Position numbers and translations under genes: made by a program
Shown here: one piece after another, positions 12,638 through 25,618 of the stretch
How the letters are laid out: every line of letters starts with the position of its first letter
Numbering within the stretch: the stretch's first letter is position 1
The notes under the pieces: generated by a model
Databases searched by the model: none
The model's input: only the letters and a program-made list of their open reading frames with translations
Told to the model about the DNA's origin: nothing
NCBI GenBank assembly: GCA_023213395.1
Contig: CM041465.1
Location: 150,543,741 to 150,607,740, forward strand
Direction of reading: 5' to 3'
DNA: 64,000 bases
From: Cycas panzhihuaensis
Lineage: Eukaryota > Plantae > Cycadophyta

Positions 12638-15611
12638 TGGAAGCAGGCCTCCGGGGGGTTACTAAGAACTACTATACATTGGCTATCAGTATACTTAAAG
12701 CATGGGAGCTCATGTGGTATATTATGACTTTAGCTCACCCTCGAAGGGCATTCATGCTCTTCATGAGTGTAGGTTTGGGGGGACAATAATATACATGTTC
12801 CTTTTTTACCTATAGGGTCTAGGTAGGTTGGTTGGTGATGTATTTAGATGGCAAATAGCTAGGTTTCCTCAGATTACTAAGTGGCCTAGGAAGGTTTCTC
12901 CTATCCCTATTCTAGGAGAAGGGATGGTTTTCCTTCTCGAAAGAAGGGACGTAGTGATAAATAGGAAACCAAGGGCAGAAGGAGGGGTTTGGTATGTTTC
13001 CTTATTGCCTAAGCGATTCCCTTTGGTTATGGAAGAAGGTGATTTTCTCTATTTGGATGTTGTACTTTATTTTAAATATAATGTTTTTGTGTGTTATAGG
13101 TTGTAGTTGTGTTGTTGCAATATAAAAAAACAAACAAATATAACTAATAATACATGATAAATGCAAATCCTCACTCTCAATTCACTCTCTTTATCTTTTG
13201 GTAAAAAGAACCTTAAAGTTATATGCCTAAAATAAAAGAGTCAACAATGCATTTAAAATAGGTGTGAAGGAGGAAGGAAGATGAACATTCCTATGCTCAT
13301 GTAATGTTTCTTTTCTTTGATATATTTTTCTTTGTTCATGTAAGAAGAAATGCACTCTAGGCTAGATTTTTAACTTTGTTTTATATGCATATGCATATGC
13401 AAATGGTAGAATAACTTTTTCCTAATATGTCTTTTTTTTTAATGGTGAGAGGGGGAGAAAGAGGAGAGAAGGATCTATTCTTTTCTTTGGATTGTTTCTC
13501 TTTCTTATGAGTGCCAAAGAAATTTTTTTCCTAAAATTAAATCCTTAACTTTTATCTTGTATGTATGTTCAAGTGCAAACAATCAAAAAATCAAACTTGA
13601 AAGAAGGTGGTCGTGAGTTTACTTTGATTGGGAACTTGAGGAGCAAGTATTATCAATCAAAAGGAAATGATTATGTGGAAGTGAGGGTTTGGAAGGAGCA
13701 TACTTGGTTCACAATGTCTGGTGATGACCTTGACCTTTCTCTTCCTTATTCCTCTTTTGCTAATGTTGAAGGTTCCTTCTTCCATGGGAGTCATTGGAGA
13801 CAACAGGGAGCTACCTCCCTAGATCTAACTAGAAAAATATACAAATATAGAATAGAATAGAGAAAAATGCATATGAGGAAGAAAAATGCTAAATCATGAA
13901 TTGGTTCTTACCTTAAGATAAGACTTTATTTTCTCTTACTAACTATGGAGAGATGTGTCTTCCACCTACATACACAAAGCAAAGCACTTCCTAAAGGAAA
14001 TGTTGCAACATGCGCATGTATGTGTATGTTTCATAGGATCCTTTTATTATCAATCAATGAAAGGAACTAAATCAAATGTTAATGTTTCCTTTCCAAAGAA
14101 ATCTAAGCATGCAAAAGATGTAAGGGGTGATAAGAAGGGAGTGAAGGGTAGTGCCTTGATATGGCATGGCATCCCTAATAGGGTGGTCTCCCTAATGTGA
14201 GCAAGGGGAGTCTTCTTGATGTTACAACTTAAATAACAAGTTTTTGAAGGAGGTATAATATGAATATGAGGTAGATCTCCAAGAGAAATTAGCAATGGGT
14301 GCTTGCAAAGTAGTATGGCTACATGGCCTGACATTGAGGTGTAAGGTGCATGCATAATGAGACTTGGCACCATATGTTTTGTGAGGGGATTCCCTAGTGA
14401 GTAAGGGATGCAAAAGTTGGCATGTACACTTGTTTCCCTTCTCCAAACTCCTAAAAGTAAGAGGTGTAAGTCTTGCCTCATGCCTTAATACTTTGAGTAT
14501 GTTTATAAAAAATTTACAACTCATGCAAAGTTGTTTTATTAAAGTTTTGAAGAGTTGATGGTAGGAAAGTTGTAAAATCCGATATTCAAACTAAGAATCA
14601 AATAGAAGAGAGTGAAAGTAACTAAAATCAGAGTTAAATGCAAGGAATTCTTATGGAGAAAAGAAGATACCCACTTCACATAAGAGAAACTTATTGCTTG
14701 TGGTAGAAATGGGTGAGGAAGAATCCCTTGCAACTATTGAGTGAATGCTTTTTGAGAAGATCTTTGAGTCCTGAAGAGAAAGAGAGAGTGCTTGGTCCTT
14801 ATAGAAGATGATTTTGAGTGCCTTAGTGCTAGAATCAAGCTTTTGTTGTGTGTTCTTTCTCAAAACTAAGTTGTTCTCTATTTTATCAAGAAAATAAGCT
14901 TGAATGATAAAAAGAATAATGCCTAATTTAAAATAAAAATGGAGTTTTATTATTTGAGAGGGTGCCCCTAACCATTACACCTCAATCTGGGCTTGCCCTG
15001 AGGTGTCAAGCATGTAAGGGAGTGTAATTAATGTCATTTTTAAATGTTGTTAGCTGTGATTAGTAAAGTAACAACCACAATATGAATTTCTTTATGGTAC
15101 CATAAAGATCTCCATAGGGAACAACAATTAGAGAAGTGTAGACAATAATCATCATAGTATGGACAAAAAACTCTATGGTACAAAAGCAGGGTGCAAAGAT
15201 TAATTGATAGTTAACCAAAGGCTAATTAAAGGGATACTAAATACTATCTTTGACTTCTATAGACTGACTATGAAGCTCTAGGGTGGCTGGTCACATATAA
15301 AAAGGTGACAAAATGAAGTTCGTAAGAAATAATAAGTCAAAAGTAGATGAAAACAGAGTTGTAGTAACATTGAGAAGTCACCTCATTGATTGGGAGACCA
15401 CATCGAGGGCTCTAAATGCTATTGGACCGGAGTCTTGGTCATCATAAGTATAAGAATGGACACAAGCAAGTAATGTAACTCAAGCAATCATGCATCTAAC
15501 AGTCATACAAGCATCAAACATAAAGAATGTGATAGGACACAAGATAAAGAAACATGCATGTACTTACTTATATTGCAAAATTCCTAATCCATTCCTAATA
15601 GGTGGGAAACA
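12638..15611 (-). repeat. Tat1 5' LTR (~3.0 kb)
   Basis: TG...CA termini, adjacent to the PBS and to the TSD. Confidence 0.9.
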
Positions 15612-15616
15612 TAGCC

Positions 15617-16720
15617 TAGTTAAAATTTATAAATCTTATCAAATTAAAATTATTATTATGATGAAATTTGATTCCATATTGAATTGTCCCTTTCAAGTAT
15701 TTGAGGATTTTTTTAATAGTTTTTTAGTGACTCTATTTTGGGACTATCATAAATTTGGATACTATTCCAACTACAAAGGATATATTAAGTCTAACAATAA
15801 TTAAATACATTAGACTTTCTACCAGTTATATGTATAATATTGAATCAACATCAAGTCTACTATTTTTAGTTGTTAATTAAGAACCTATCTTTATGGGGGT
15901 AGGCACAGGTCTATAATTGTCTATTCTAAAATTTAAAAAAAATTCATATGTACTTTACTTATGAGATAAAGACATATTTAGGCCTTTGCCATACTTCCAT
16001 ACTAAGGAAGTAGTATAAAGTTCCAAGACCTATTATCTCAAAGAAATGACTAAGATCTACTTTTAAGTTTGATATCATTGTGATGCTATTACCTATGATC
16101 AGTAGATCATCAATGTACGACACTATGAATATGATATTGTTACTTTATTCTCTAATATATAGATTTTAGTCAACTAGAGATCTCTCAAATCTATTATTTA
16201 GAAAATGCTCATAAATCTTTTTATACCAGGCTCTAGGAGCCTATGTTAGGTTGCACAAGGCCTCTTTGAATCAGGATATCAAGTGATCTTCATACTTTTT
16301 AACAAATCTAGCTGCTTTTTCCATGAAGATTTCTTCATTTAAATCCCTATTAAAAAATATACTTTTTATATCTATCTAGCTTAGTTTCCAATTAAATTGT
16401 ATAACTATCACCTTAATGATTCAAATGATATTTATCTTTATAATAGGAATAAATGTTTCTTAGTGGTCAATCCCTTCTAACTACTTACAACCTTTTGATA
16501 TAAGTCAATCTTTATATTTATCTATAGATCCATTCAATTTAAACTTTTTTCTATAGATCCATTTACATCTAATTATAGGCAATTCCACTAAATCCCATAT
16601 ATGTTTTTTTCTAATAGGTTGGATTTTGAATTCTATAGTTTTATTCTACTTTTGTTCTTTGATTACTTCTTTAGTTATGGATGGTTCATTTGAATCTAAT
16701 ACACATGCCACAAGAGTTAT
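15617..16720 (-). pseudogene. Cop3 reverse transcriptase
   Basis: Minus-strand KWIYRKK, SYIDDLLIIG (~16090-16120) and RLNISFVVG motifs. Confidence 0.85.
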
Positions 16721-18192
16721 GTTCTCTTATTCAGAATGTTGTATTTTTTATTTCTACTTTCCTTTATAATCCATTAATAATTTCTCAACATCCTTGATAG
16801 TTTTTACATACCATTTTAAAAGCTTCTTCTTTGAAAATGAAGATGTTGAATCAAATATTCTTTTTGGATTTAACTTTAGTTATCTCTTTGGTGTCTTTTT
16901 AGATTTTTCTTCTAAAAATTGAAACGATTATAATTCTACTTCATCACCTATATCAAATGGCTCAAATTTAGGTTGAATAATATCATGTGAAGTATTGCAT
17001 TTAGGTGATTCCTCTATTAAAATATAATGATAAATTCCTTATAATATAATTCACTTTGTATAATATGTTGTAATGTTATACTACTGTATTCCTTGTAGAG
17101 GGCATGTAACTCCCTTTGTCGCTTAATGAGCCAATTGTATTTCACTATTAAGTTGGCTAATTATATAATTTTAGGAGCAACATCAAGCCCTATAAATGTA
17201 GGCCATGTCCTTACCCTTGTAAACTTAATGATTCTATTATTAGAGTGAAACTCTACTAGAAATACAATAGCAGACATCAACCAATTTGACCCACATATTC
17301 TATTCACTTAATGTGTGATTTATACTCTATTTGATATTTATTTATGGCATATAAGAGAAGAATATAAATCATGTATTTTTTTCATTTGGTATCAGAGTAA
17401 GTATCTCTTATCTATCTCATGATTTGTTGAAAGTTTTCATTTGAGTGTTATTTAACCTCATTTAAATCTATTTGAAAAATAATTGATGCCATTATAAATA
17501 TACACATGATCCCATTTCAAGCTCGTTTGCTCCATTCTTTGACTCAGTGGAAGGAAATTTAAAGTTGTTGCTTATTTATTGCTATAGATCTTCCTACCAT
17601 TGAGTATTTAAAATTTGATCAACAATCTATTAGAGTGTGCCATATAAATTGTGTTCCACTTGTGGGCCAATTCTTTGTAGGTCTCACTACATTGTTGACT
17701 CATTATGCAAGCCATCACTTAGCTCTTATATTCCTAGACTATTTATAATCCCTGAGACACACTTACATTATATGTAGACTCACGAGTAAATTTACTACAT
17801 AGTATTGGCAATCGTATGTTGCATCCTCACTTTTCCCAACCTATCTCTTTTGTGAATCATATTATAAAACCATCATAGCTATGCACTCATCATATACCCA
17901 TTCAAGAGATGTCTCAATCAATGTACTCATAGATTATCTTACATTACCTCTAGGTGTTGCCTAATTATGGCTTGACCCACCACTATTTGTTCTATTACCC
18001 GTGTCATTGCATCATTGTGTGATGAATCTAAACATGATTAACCACATCTCTTAAAGGACATTTTTATTGTTGGCCACCCCTTTAAGCCTATATTCAACTA
18101 CTTCTTTGTTTAGATCATAAATTGTAATCTCGATCATTTTTTTACATCTCTGGTTTATCACAAATTGTTGAAAATGAGTTATATAAAGATTG

Positions 18193-18234
18193 ATATATAT
18201 ATATATATATATATATATCTGTGTGTGTGTGTGT
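18193..18234. repeat. (AT)n/(TG)n compound microsatellite
   Basis: Directly visible in the sequence. Confidence 0.95.
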
Positions 18235-19399
18235 TATAATGCTTTAAATTAATCAAATTAAATCAAATTATTAATTAAAGTCTGTAGTCCCCTTCTCTCT
18301 CTAGTGAGTAGTCAAATGGTGATACTTAACAACCAAATGTTATTTAGCTAAGAGGGATTAAAGACACCCCTTTTTATTATGATTTTATAAAGATGTCCCT
18401 ACACTATTTTGAGTATATGGAATCAACTTGGAGTTTATTTTCTGCACCATCAAATTTGATGGAGTTTTGATTTAAAGCACTATAGTGTGAAATTACTTTC
18501 AAATTAGTTTGGATATTTTTTCAAGGAATTTAACTCCCCTAAACTTAACTCATTTATTTTGTCTATTTTTAAGGATTATTTTATCAATTGAAGCCTTTAT
18601 CACACTAAATAAGGGGATTTTATTACTACTTTCTATTCATTAATAATTTAGAGGTATTTCTACCTAGTTTTAACTAAAATTTAGGGTGCATTATGGTTGT
18701 AAGTACTCTAATTATGTGTGAAATATTGCTTATTACCTATAAGCATGGTACCTTCCTATTGACCATTCCAAACCATCATCTCATATCATTGATTTACATT
18801 TTTATATGTCCTTTACTTTATAATTAATAAATAACCTTTATCTTTAAGAAAAGACCATATTTAAAATAAACATCAACTTGAAAGATTAATCGAGATAATT
18901 CCTAATTGAATTACTTGAATTCAACCTTGCAAGGGGAATAGTTAGGACCCTTAAAGTTATGACTCTGTATATGTTTTTTCTCTTTCTCAAACTCTATGAA
19001 TAATAGAGAAAGACATTAGTTATAAGTTATATTAATTGGCAAGTTAAAGTGTAAAACCCATTCCTTGGAGTTCAAAAACTAGGCTAGACCTAGAGGAGAT
19101 GAGTTCCTTGGTTGTATTACTTCACTAGACCTATTGCTCAATATAGATTCAATGTAAGTTTATAAATAATATCAAGGAGGTAATCGGCCTTCTATGCTTA
19201 CATATCTAGGTATATAAAGCTTAATTTTCTCATGTACTAATGTATATAGAGTCCCCAAACTACCATTTGGGTGGGCACCACTAGATAAAATAGTAATTGA
19301 GGGCTTCTTAAAGACACATAAAAATTTAGAATTATAGATTAGAAGCCCATCAAGTAGATAACACACAGAAATAATATCTTAAATCCTAGTTTAAAACAT

Positions 19400-22300
19400 A
19401 ATAAACCATTTGATAGTAACAATTTTTTATCTTAGAAGAAATACATCAAATACTTATTAATCATGAATGTTTTTTGGCCATATATAAATGGTGATATTGT
19501 CAAACCTTCTTCTACTAAGGACCCCATTGATCCTAGTGTTGTTATTCCACATAATCCTATTACCTTAGCTACCTTTAGGGCCAAAGATAATATTGTCCTT
19601 TCCTTCATCCATCTTACAGTTGAAGACAATGTTGACTAGAATATCAAAACTATTGATATCTCCCACGAAAGCATGGAGCATAATTTGCCCCCTTTATGAG
19701 AAGAAAGATAAGTCTAGATCCATTAAATTAAAATATCATTTATATGCCATTCCTTATGTTGGTTCCATTGCTTCCCACTTGACTAAAGTGAAGATTATAA
19801 GGAACCATCTTAACACACTAGATGCCCTACCTTTATGACCTTGTGGCTAGTATAGCCAACATCCTTCCTATTGAGTATAATAGTTTTGTCTCTTCATTAT
19901 TTGGTATTTTTCCTCAATGGACTTTAACACTCTAGAAGGACTACTACTTAAGGAAGAGGGTATATTAAAATGCCAAGGAATAACATCCACTTTAGACTTT
20001 ACTCTTACATTTACAATTAGGAATTATGGGAGAAACTATCCATAATAATAGCCTATAGGCTAGTAATTTAGTTCCTTAAACTTAACCGAATAGTATCAAT
20101 AGCCATAATCTTCTTAAAACTAGCAATAATAATAGAATGTCACCTACTTATATTGTGGCAAGACTAGGCACATCATCATAGATTGTAGCAGAAAATAATT
20201 TAAACTATAGCTCATACCAAACCAAACTACCCAACAAGGTGGGTAGAACTTTTAATAGAATAGAAACCATGGAAGGAACCAAAATCAAGGGCATAATAAC
20301 AAGCAACAATAGTAAAGAAATTAACCAAATAATAAAAATTAAGCAAAGAATATGAATTCATAATGAGGAGGCCGTGTAACTAACTCTTAGGTTGACTCTT
20401 AAAACCCATTTTTTGTAGCACTATCTTCACATCATGATGATAGCTCTTAATTGATATATTCTAGTGTTACTTGCCATATGACTGGCACTAAAGAGGTACT
20501 TGTGGACACTCATCTAGTAAAGGCATAAACTATTATTTTTGGAGATAACCTCTCTTATGATGTGACAAAGATTAGGAGAAAACTTACTATCTTAAAGAAC
20601 TTAAATATTTGGCATGACATTAGTAACATCTTATTAGTGCCTAGTATGGAATAGAATCTACTCTTAGTAAGTCAAATTGATAAGAAAATATTTGACACTA
20701 TCTTTATCCAAGGTACCTACACCATTTCTAATCACGCATCTAATCAAATAGTCACTATAGGACATGAGGATAGTGGACTTTATAAACTTGATAGTGTCTC
20801 TCTATTCATTGATCCACAACTAGAAGCATGTTCCATAGTATAAACAACTCACCTTGATAAAGGCAACACCATTATTAATGAAGACCCACTTATTAATAAG
20901 ACTTAAGATGAATGTTTAGACAATGAAGAGCAACCTACTCCAAGATACACTAAGGACCAATTATAATACCAATACCTAGGTCGTCTTAATATGTAAAGTA
21001 TGAACCTCATGTTTAGACTTTAAATGGTGCATAAGTTACCTAAGATTAAATAACATAAATACTTTTTTGAGGCTTGTATCATTGGGAAATATTGTAAGGT
21101 GCCATTTCCTTCCAAAAGAGTATGGTGTGCCTCCAAATTATTGGGTTTAGTTCACTTAGATATATGTGGACCCATGTCAACTCAATATTTTAATGGAAGT
21201 CTATACTTTATTACATTCATCAATGACTACTTTAGGAATGTATGGGTGTACTTTCTTAAGAACAAATTTGAAGATTTTAATAAATTTAGGGATTTCAAAG
21301 ATGAAGTTAAAAATGAGACCAACATGACCATTAAAATTTTGAGATAAGATAATGGAGATGAGTATACATATAAATAGTTCACCATATTTTATAGAGAATT
21401 TAACATCAAGTGCTAATTCTTTGCTTCTTGCACACCCCAATAAAATAGTATTATCAAGATAATGAATTAGACATTGGTGAATAAAGATAAAACAATAGTA
21501 AAAGCTACAAATCTTGCTTCTATTTTTTGGGTTGAAGTTGTATCAACTACTGTATACTTGAAAAATAGGAGTTTAATTATAGTAGTTAGAGAAATAACAC
21601 TCAAGGAGGCTTGGTAAGGCCTAAAGCCTATAGTCTCACATCTTAGAATATCTAATTATATAGCATACATATTTATTCCTAAGGAAAATGAAAAGAAGTT
21701 GGATGATAAAGGCCTAAAATATATATTCATAAGTTATGTACTTGGATGTAAGCTTATAAGTTATATGATCCTATCAGAAGACAATCTTATATATCTCAAG
21801 ATATTATATTTACTAAGGACAATCAAGACTTGGATCTTTCTCAAATTCAAGTTATCTCTAGTGATGATGTTATTGTGCTAGAAGATCCTCCATCACTAAT
21901 TATGGACCCTTATGTGTCATCAACCTCTTATACTCCATGTTCTTTCTTAGCTCATCCTACTTCTCCCTCTACTAAGATCAAAGTATCAAAAAGCTTCCCA
22001 AGTGGTACCTATAAGTGATAAAAGATGCTCCACCACTTTGTGTAGCTCCCAAATGAGAATCAAGGCTTAAGCATTCTATAAACTATGCCTTAATAACACA
22101 TGCTCTTAATACTCCTAATCCTTTTGTATTTGAGAAGGTAGTGAAAGACCAAATGTGGCAAGCTACTATGGATGAAGAGATGAATTCTATCATTAAGAAT
22201 GACACATGGGAGCTTACAAAGTTTTCACTTGGTAAAAAGTTAATTGATTATATAAGATAAAGTTTCATGTTGATGGCTCTATCAAGCAACATAAAGCTCA

Positions 22301-23445
22301 ACTAGTTGTGAAAGATTTTAATAACAAGAGGGGATTAACTATGAAGAAACCTTTGTACTAATAGTCAACATGACCATATTATATCTGGTGATGTTATTTA
22401 TATCTCAATTTAAATAGCCTATATAACAGATGGATGTGAAGAGTGGCTTCCTTAATGGAGAGCTTATTGAAAAAGTTTTCTTAAGACATCCTCCTAGCTA
22501 TGATATTCCTAGAAATTAACACTTAATTTGTAAACTTAAAAAAGTACTTTATGGACTCAAGCAATCATCTCATACCTAATATGCCAAAATTGATGCCTTC
22601 TTTATTAAGCATAGATTTATTTGTTCATCCTTTGATCCTGATCTCTATATTAGGATCTATAATAATTTGATTACCATCATTATTCTCTATGTTGATGACT
22701 TGGAAATTACTAGGAATGATGATGAAGGCATTTTTAGTCTCTAGCATGAACTTAAAAGTAGCTTCAAGATGACTAACCTTAGCTTATTTTATGACTTCTT
22801 TAGAATTAAAGTATATTAAGAACCAAGACATATATTCTTGTCATACTCCAAGTATGTCAATGAGCTATTATGGATGAGTGACTACAAACCTTCTCCCATA
22901 CATATGGAGACTAAGACTAAGCTAATAATGGATGAACATGGCAAACCTTTTGATCCCACACTTTATAGATAACTAGTAGGGAATTTAATTTATCTTACTT
23001 ACACTCATCCAAACATTACATACGTAATTGAGATCTACTCAAGGTACATGTCATAACTCATATTATCACATTAGAAAGTAGCCACTAGGATTCTCAAATG
23101 TATTTGTAGCATTGTGCAACTTGCCCTTGATTATAGCCAAGAAGATATGGTTATATAGAATTCTTGTTAAGCTTGGTCTTCAATAGACCCAAGCCACTCT
23201 TCTATGCTATGATAATCAAAGTGTACTAAAGAAGACAAAGAACCATGTTTTCCATGCATGAACAAAACATATTGAGGTTTATCATCATTTCATCTGTAAA
23301 CATGTAAAAGATAGAGAAGTTAATCTAGTGTATTAACCTACAAAAGAATAAGTAGTAGACATTTTCACTAAAACACTTGGTAAACTAAAGTTTGAAAGGT
23401 TTCAATATGACCTAAGTGTTAAAATTAATGAAGCTAGTATTAAGG
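19400..23445 (+). pseudogene. Cop4 gag-pol (gag, zinc knuckle ~20145, PR ~20450, INT 21099-21650, RT with YVDDL ~22688, partial RH)
   Basis: WPYING, YCGKxxH, LVHLDICGPM...YFITFIND, YVDDL and VVDIFTK motifs, in Copia order (INT before RT). Confidence 0.9.
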
Positions 23446-23817
23446 GAGAATGTTAAAATATAATAACAACTTCTTTATATTGTAATTCACTTTATATAAT
23501 ATGTTGTAATGTTATATTCCTAGTTGAGGGTATGTAAATACATTTTTTGCTTAATAAGCCAATTGTATTTTACCATTAAGTTAGCCAATTTTATAATTTT
23601 AAGAGTGATATTGAGCCCTATAAATATAGATCATGTCCTCAACCTTATAAGTTTGATTATTCTATTATTGGAATAAAACTCTACTAGAAATACAATAGTA
23701 GGCATCAATTAATTTGGCGTGCCTATTATGTTTACTTAATATTTGCTTTATAGTTTATTTGATCTTTGTTTATGGTATATAAGAGAAAAATATAGATCTT
23801 GAATTTCTTTCATCCTT

Positions 23818-24320
23818 AACCTAATCTTCAACCTCAATTGAATCAACATCATGAGTTCTATCTTCTTAAAAAATAACATCATGAGTTATATAAACTTTTT
23901 GAGTAAACATATATACTTTGTATACTTTGCTTTCCTTAAAGTATCTATTAAGGATATACTTCATGCTATTGTCATCCAACTTTTGTCATTTTTCCTTTGG
24001 AATATATATATGCACATTACATCTAAAGATTCTTAGATAACTTATAGTTAGTTTCCTACTTGACCAATCTTCCTCAAGGGTCATATTCTTTATTGCCCTT
24101 GTAGTGCCACTATTTATTAGATATATTATTATATTCATAGCTTCTACCTATAAGAAATCTATTATATCCTTATCTTTCATCATCACTTTGCCTTTTTAAA
24201 CTAAAATTTTGTGTATTAATTTAACAACTCTATTTTGCTGAGGTATGTAGACAATAGCAAACTGCCTTTGAATTCCATGATCCTTATAGAATTGGGTAAA
24301 TTCATTTGAAGTGGACTCTC
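23818..24320 (-). pseudogene. Cop3 integrase C-terminal part
   Basis: Minus-strand (G)ESTSNEFTQFYKDHGIQRQF..YIPQQNRVVK. Confidence 0.8.
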
Positions 24321-25618
24321 TAAAATACTCTAAATTGCAGGTGACCTAGGAAGCTTACATTTTTTTTATAATGATGTGCCTAGGGTATGGAACCTCTATA
24401 TGTGTGAATAGATCCTACAATGCTAATGTTGGGTGTCTATACACTATGTGAGTGTAGTTGCAAGGGAAATCTAAAAGTGGATTAGGAGAAAGAAGCTAAA
24501 CTAAAGGCATCAGGTGTGTACATGTGTATAAAATAAGTATATGATTTTGGTTCCAAATTGGCCTATGGAAAACTAAAGGATATGATATACTCCTAAATGT
24601 AGTTAAATGCTCTTCAATTTTTAATGCACGCACTTAGTTTACTCTAGATTAAGTTTGCAAGTTACCCTTGTAAATTTGGGACTCATGATACGAAAGTCCG
24701 TCCTTATATCTTAGGCTTGTAATAAGGTAGACAAATAGTTGGTCTAACTCCCCACCTTAAAAATATAATGCATGTATGATAAAAAAGGAATGTAACTATT
24801 TCTTCTTTTTTGGGAAGAGAGGGGTAGAATGCATGCAAATCTCTTTTCTTTTCTTTTTTTGTTCTCTTTTTCTTTTTTTCCTTTTTTTTTTTGAATAAAG
24901 AAAAGAAGAAGGGGTGAAAAAGAAGGGTATTTTATAAGGGGAAAAAGAAGTCGATTTTATAAATAAAGTGAGGCTAGGAGGTTGGTGGATTTTTGTTCAT
25001 AATGTGGAAAATATCATCAAACAAAAACCATGAATTTGCTCATGATTTGTGGGATTTGGCTATAAGAAGCTCAAGATTTAGGGGGATTTGGGGCCCATTG
25101 GGCCTCCAAATCTAGCAAGGATTGAATTGAGGCTATCATGATCTTCCCAAGATTCACATTCAAGCATTTATGAGATAACTATCACCATAAAACTTAAATC
25201 TAGGTTGATGACAATCGTACCATAAAGTACTTTGTGATACTACTATTGCAAGTAGAATATAAAGTGGTATACAATAATTGGGTATTTTTCATCAAATAGT
25301 CATGCAATCTAGCCTCTAACTTATAGATGGTAGGCATGAGGATCAACAATAAATAGAAGTCAATAGGAAAACTAAGAAAGCAAGACTTAAAAGGGTAAAA
25401 GTGAGTCAAAAAATGAGATGGAAATGAAGTTGCAAGTATAGGGAAAGCATTATTTCTAGCCTAGGAAGTCCAATGGGTGGACTAAATGGTTATGGACTAA
25501 GGTCTTACTCGTCATTAGTATAGAAGAGGGGAATGGGTGAACAAACAATTAAGCACTCAAGCATATATTAACCATGTAATCTTAAATATCAACTAGTGAA
25601 AAAGAGTTTAGGATATAT
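24321..25618 (-). mobile_element. Tat2: partial LTR of a more distant Tat-like element, inserted in the Cop3 integrase and interrupted by Tat3
   Basis: Cop3 homology stops abruptly at 24320. The minus strand ends ...TTAGAGTATTTTA, like the Tat4 LTR end TTAGGTGTATTTCA, and shares a GTCCCAAATTTACAAGG block. Confidence 0.55.

Larger units (their letters stand above)
2317..15611 (-). mobile_element. Tat1: non-chromovirus Ty3/Gypsy (Tat/Ogre-like), lacking RT-RH-INT
   Basis: Two long homologous LTRs, TSD TAACC (2312-2316) / TAGCC (15612-15616), PBS, PPT, gag-protease and an aRH. Confidence 0.9.
17015..23812 (+). mobile_element. Cop4: near full-length decayed Copia
   Basis: LTRs 17015-17384 and 23451-23812. 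TSD TCCTC (17010-17014) / TCCTT (23813-23817). PBS TGGTATCAGAG (17387-17397, tRNA-iMet). PPT TAAGGGAGAA (23441-23450). Confidence 0.92.
1545..24320 (-). mobile_element. Cop3: Copia host element, fragmented by Tat1, Cop4 and Tat2 (its 5' part is not found in the window)
   Basis: RH, RT and INT pieces are collinear on the minus strand and rejoin across the insertions at TSDs. The 3' LTR starts at TGTTGA (1856, minus strand); its far edge (~1545) is uncertain. Confidence 0.8.

Noticed and set aside
12828-15804. Several 60-143 aa ORFs within or overlapping the Tat1 5' LTR
   Set aside because: They have no recognisable domains and are not kept open in the sister LTR; they are chance ORFs.
17010-17014. 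The same TSD TCCTC for Cop4 and Tat4, suggesting target specificity
   Set aside because: The elements belong to different superfamilies and the other TSDs in the window differ; a 5-bp coincidence is plausible.
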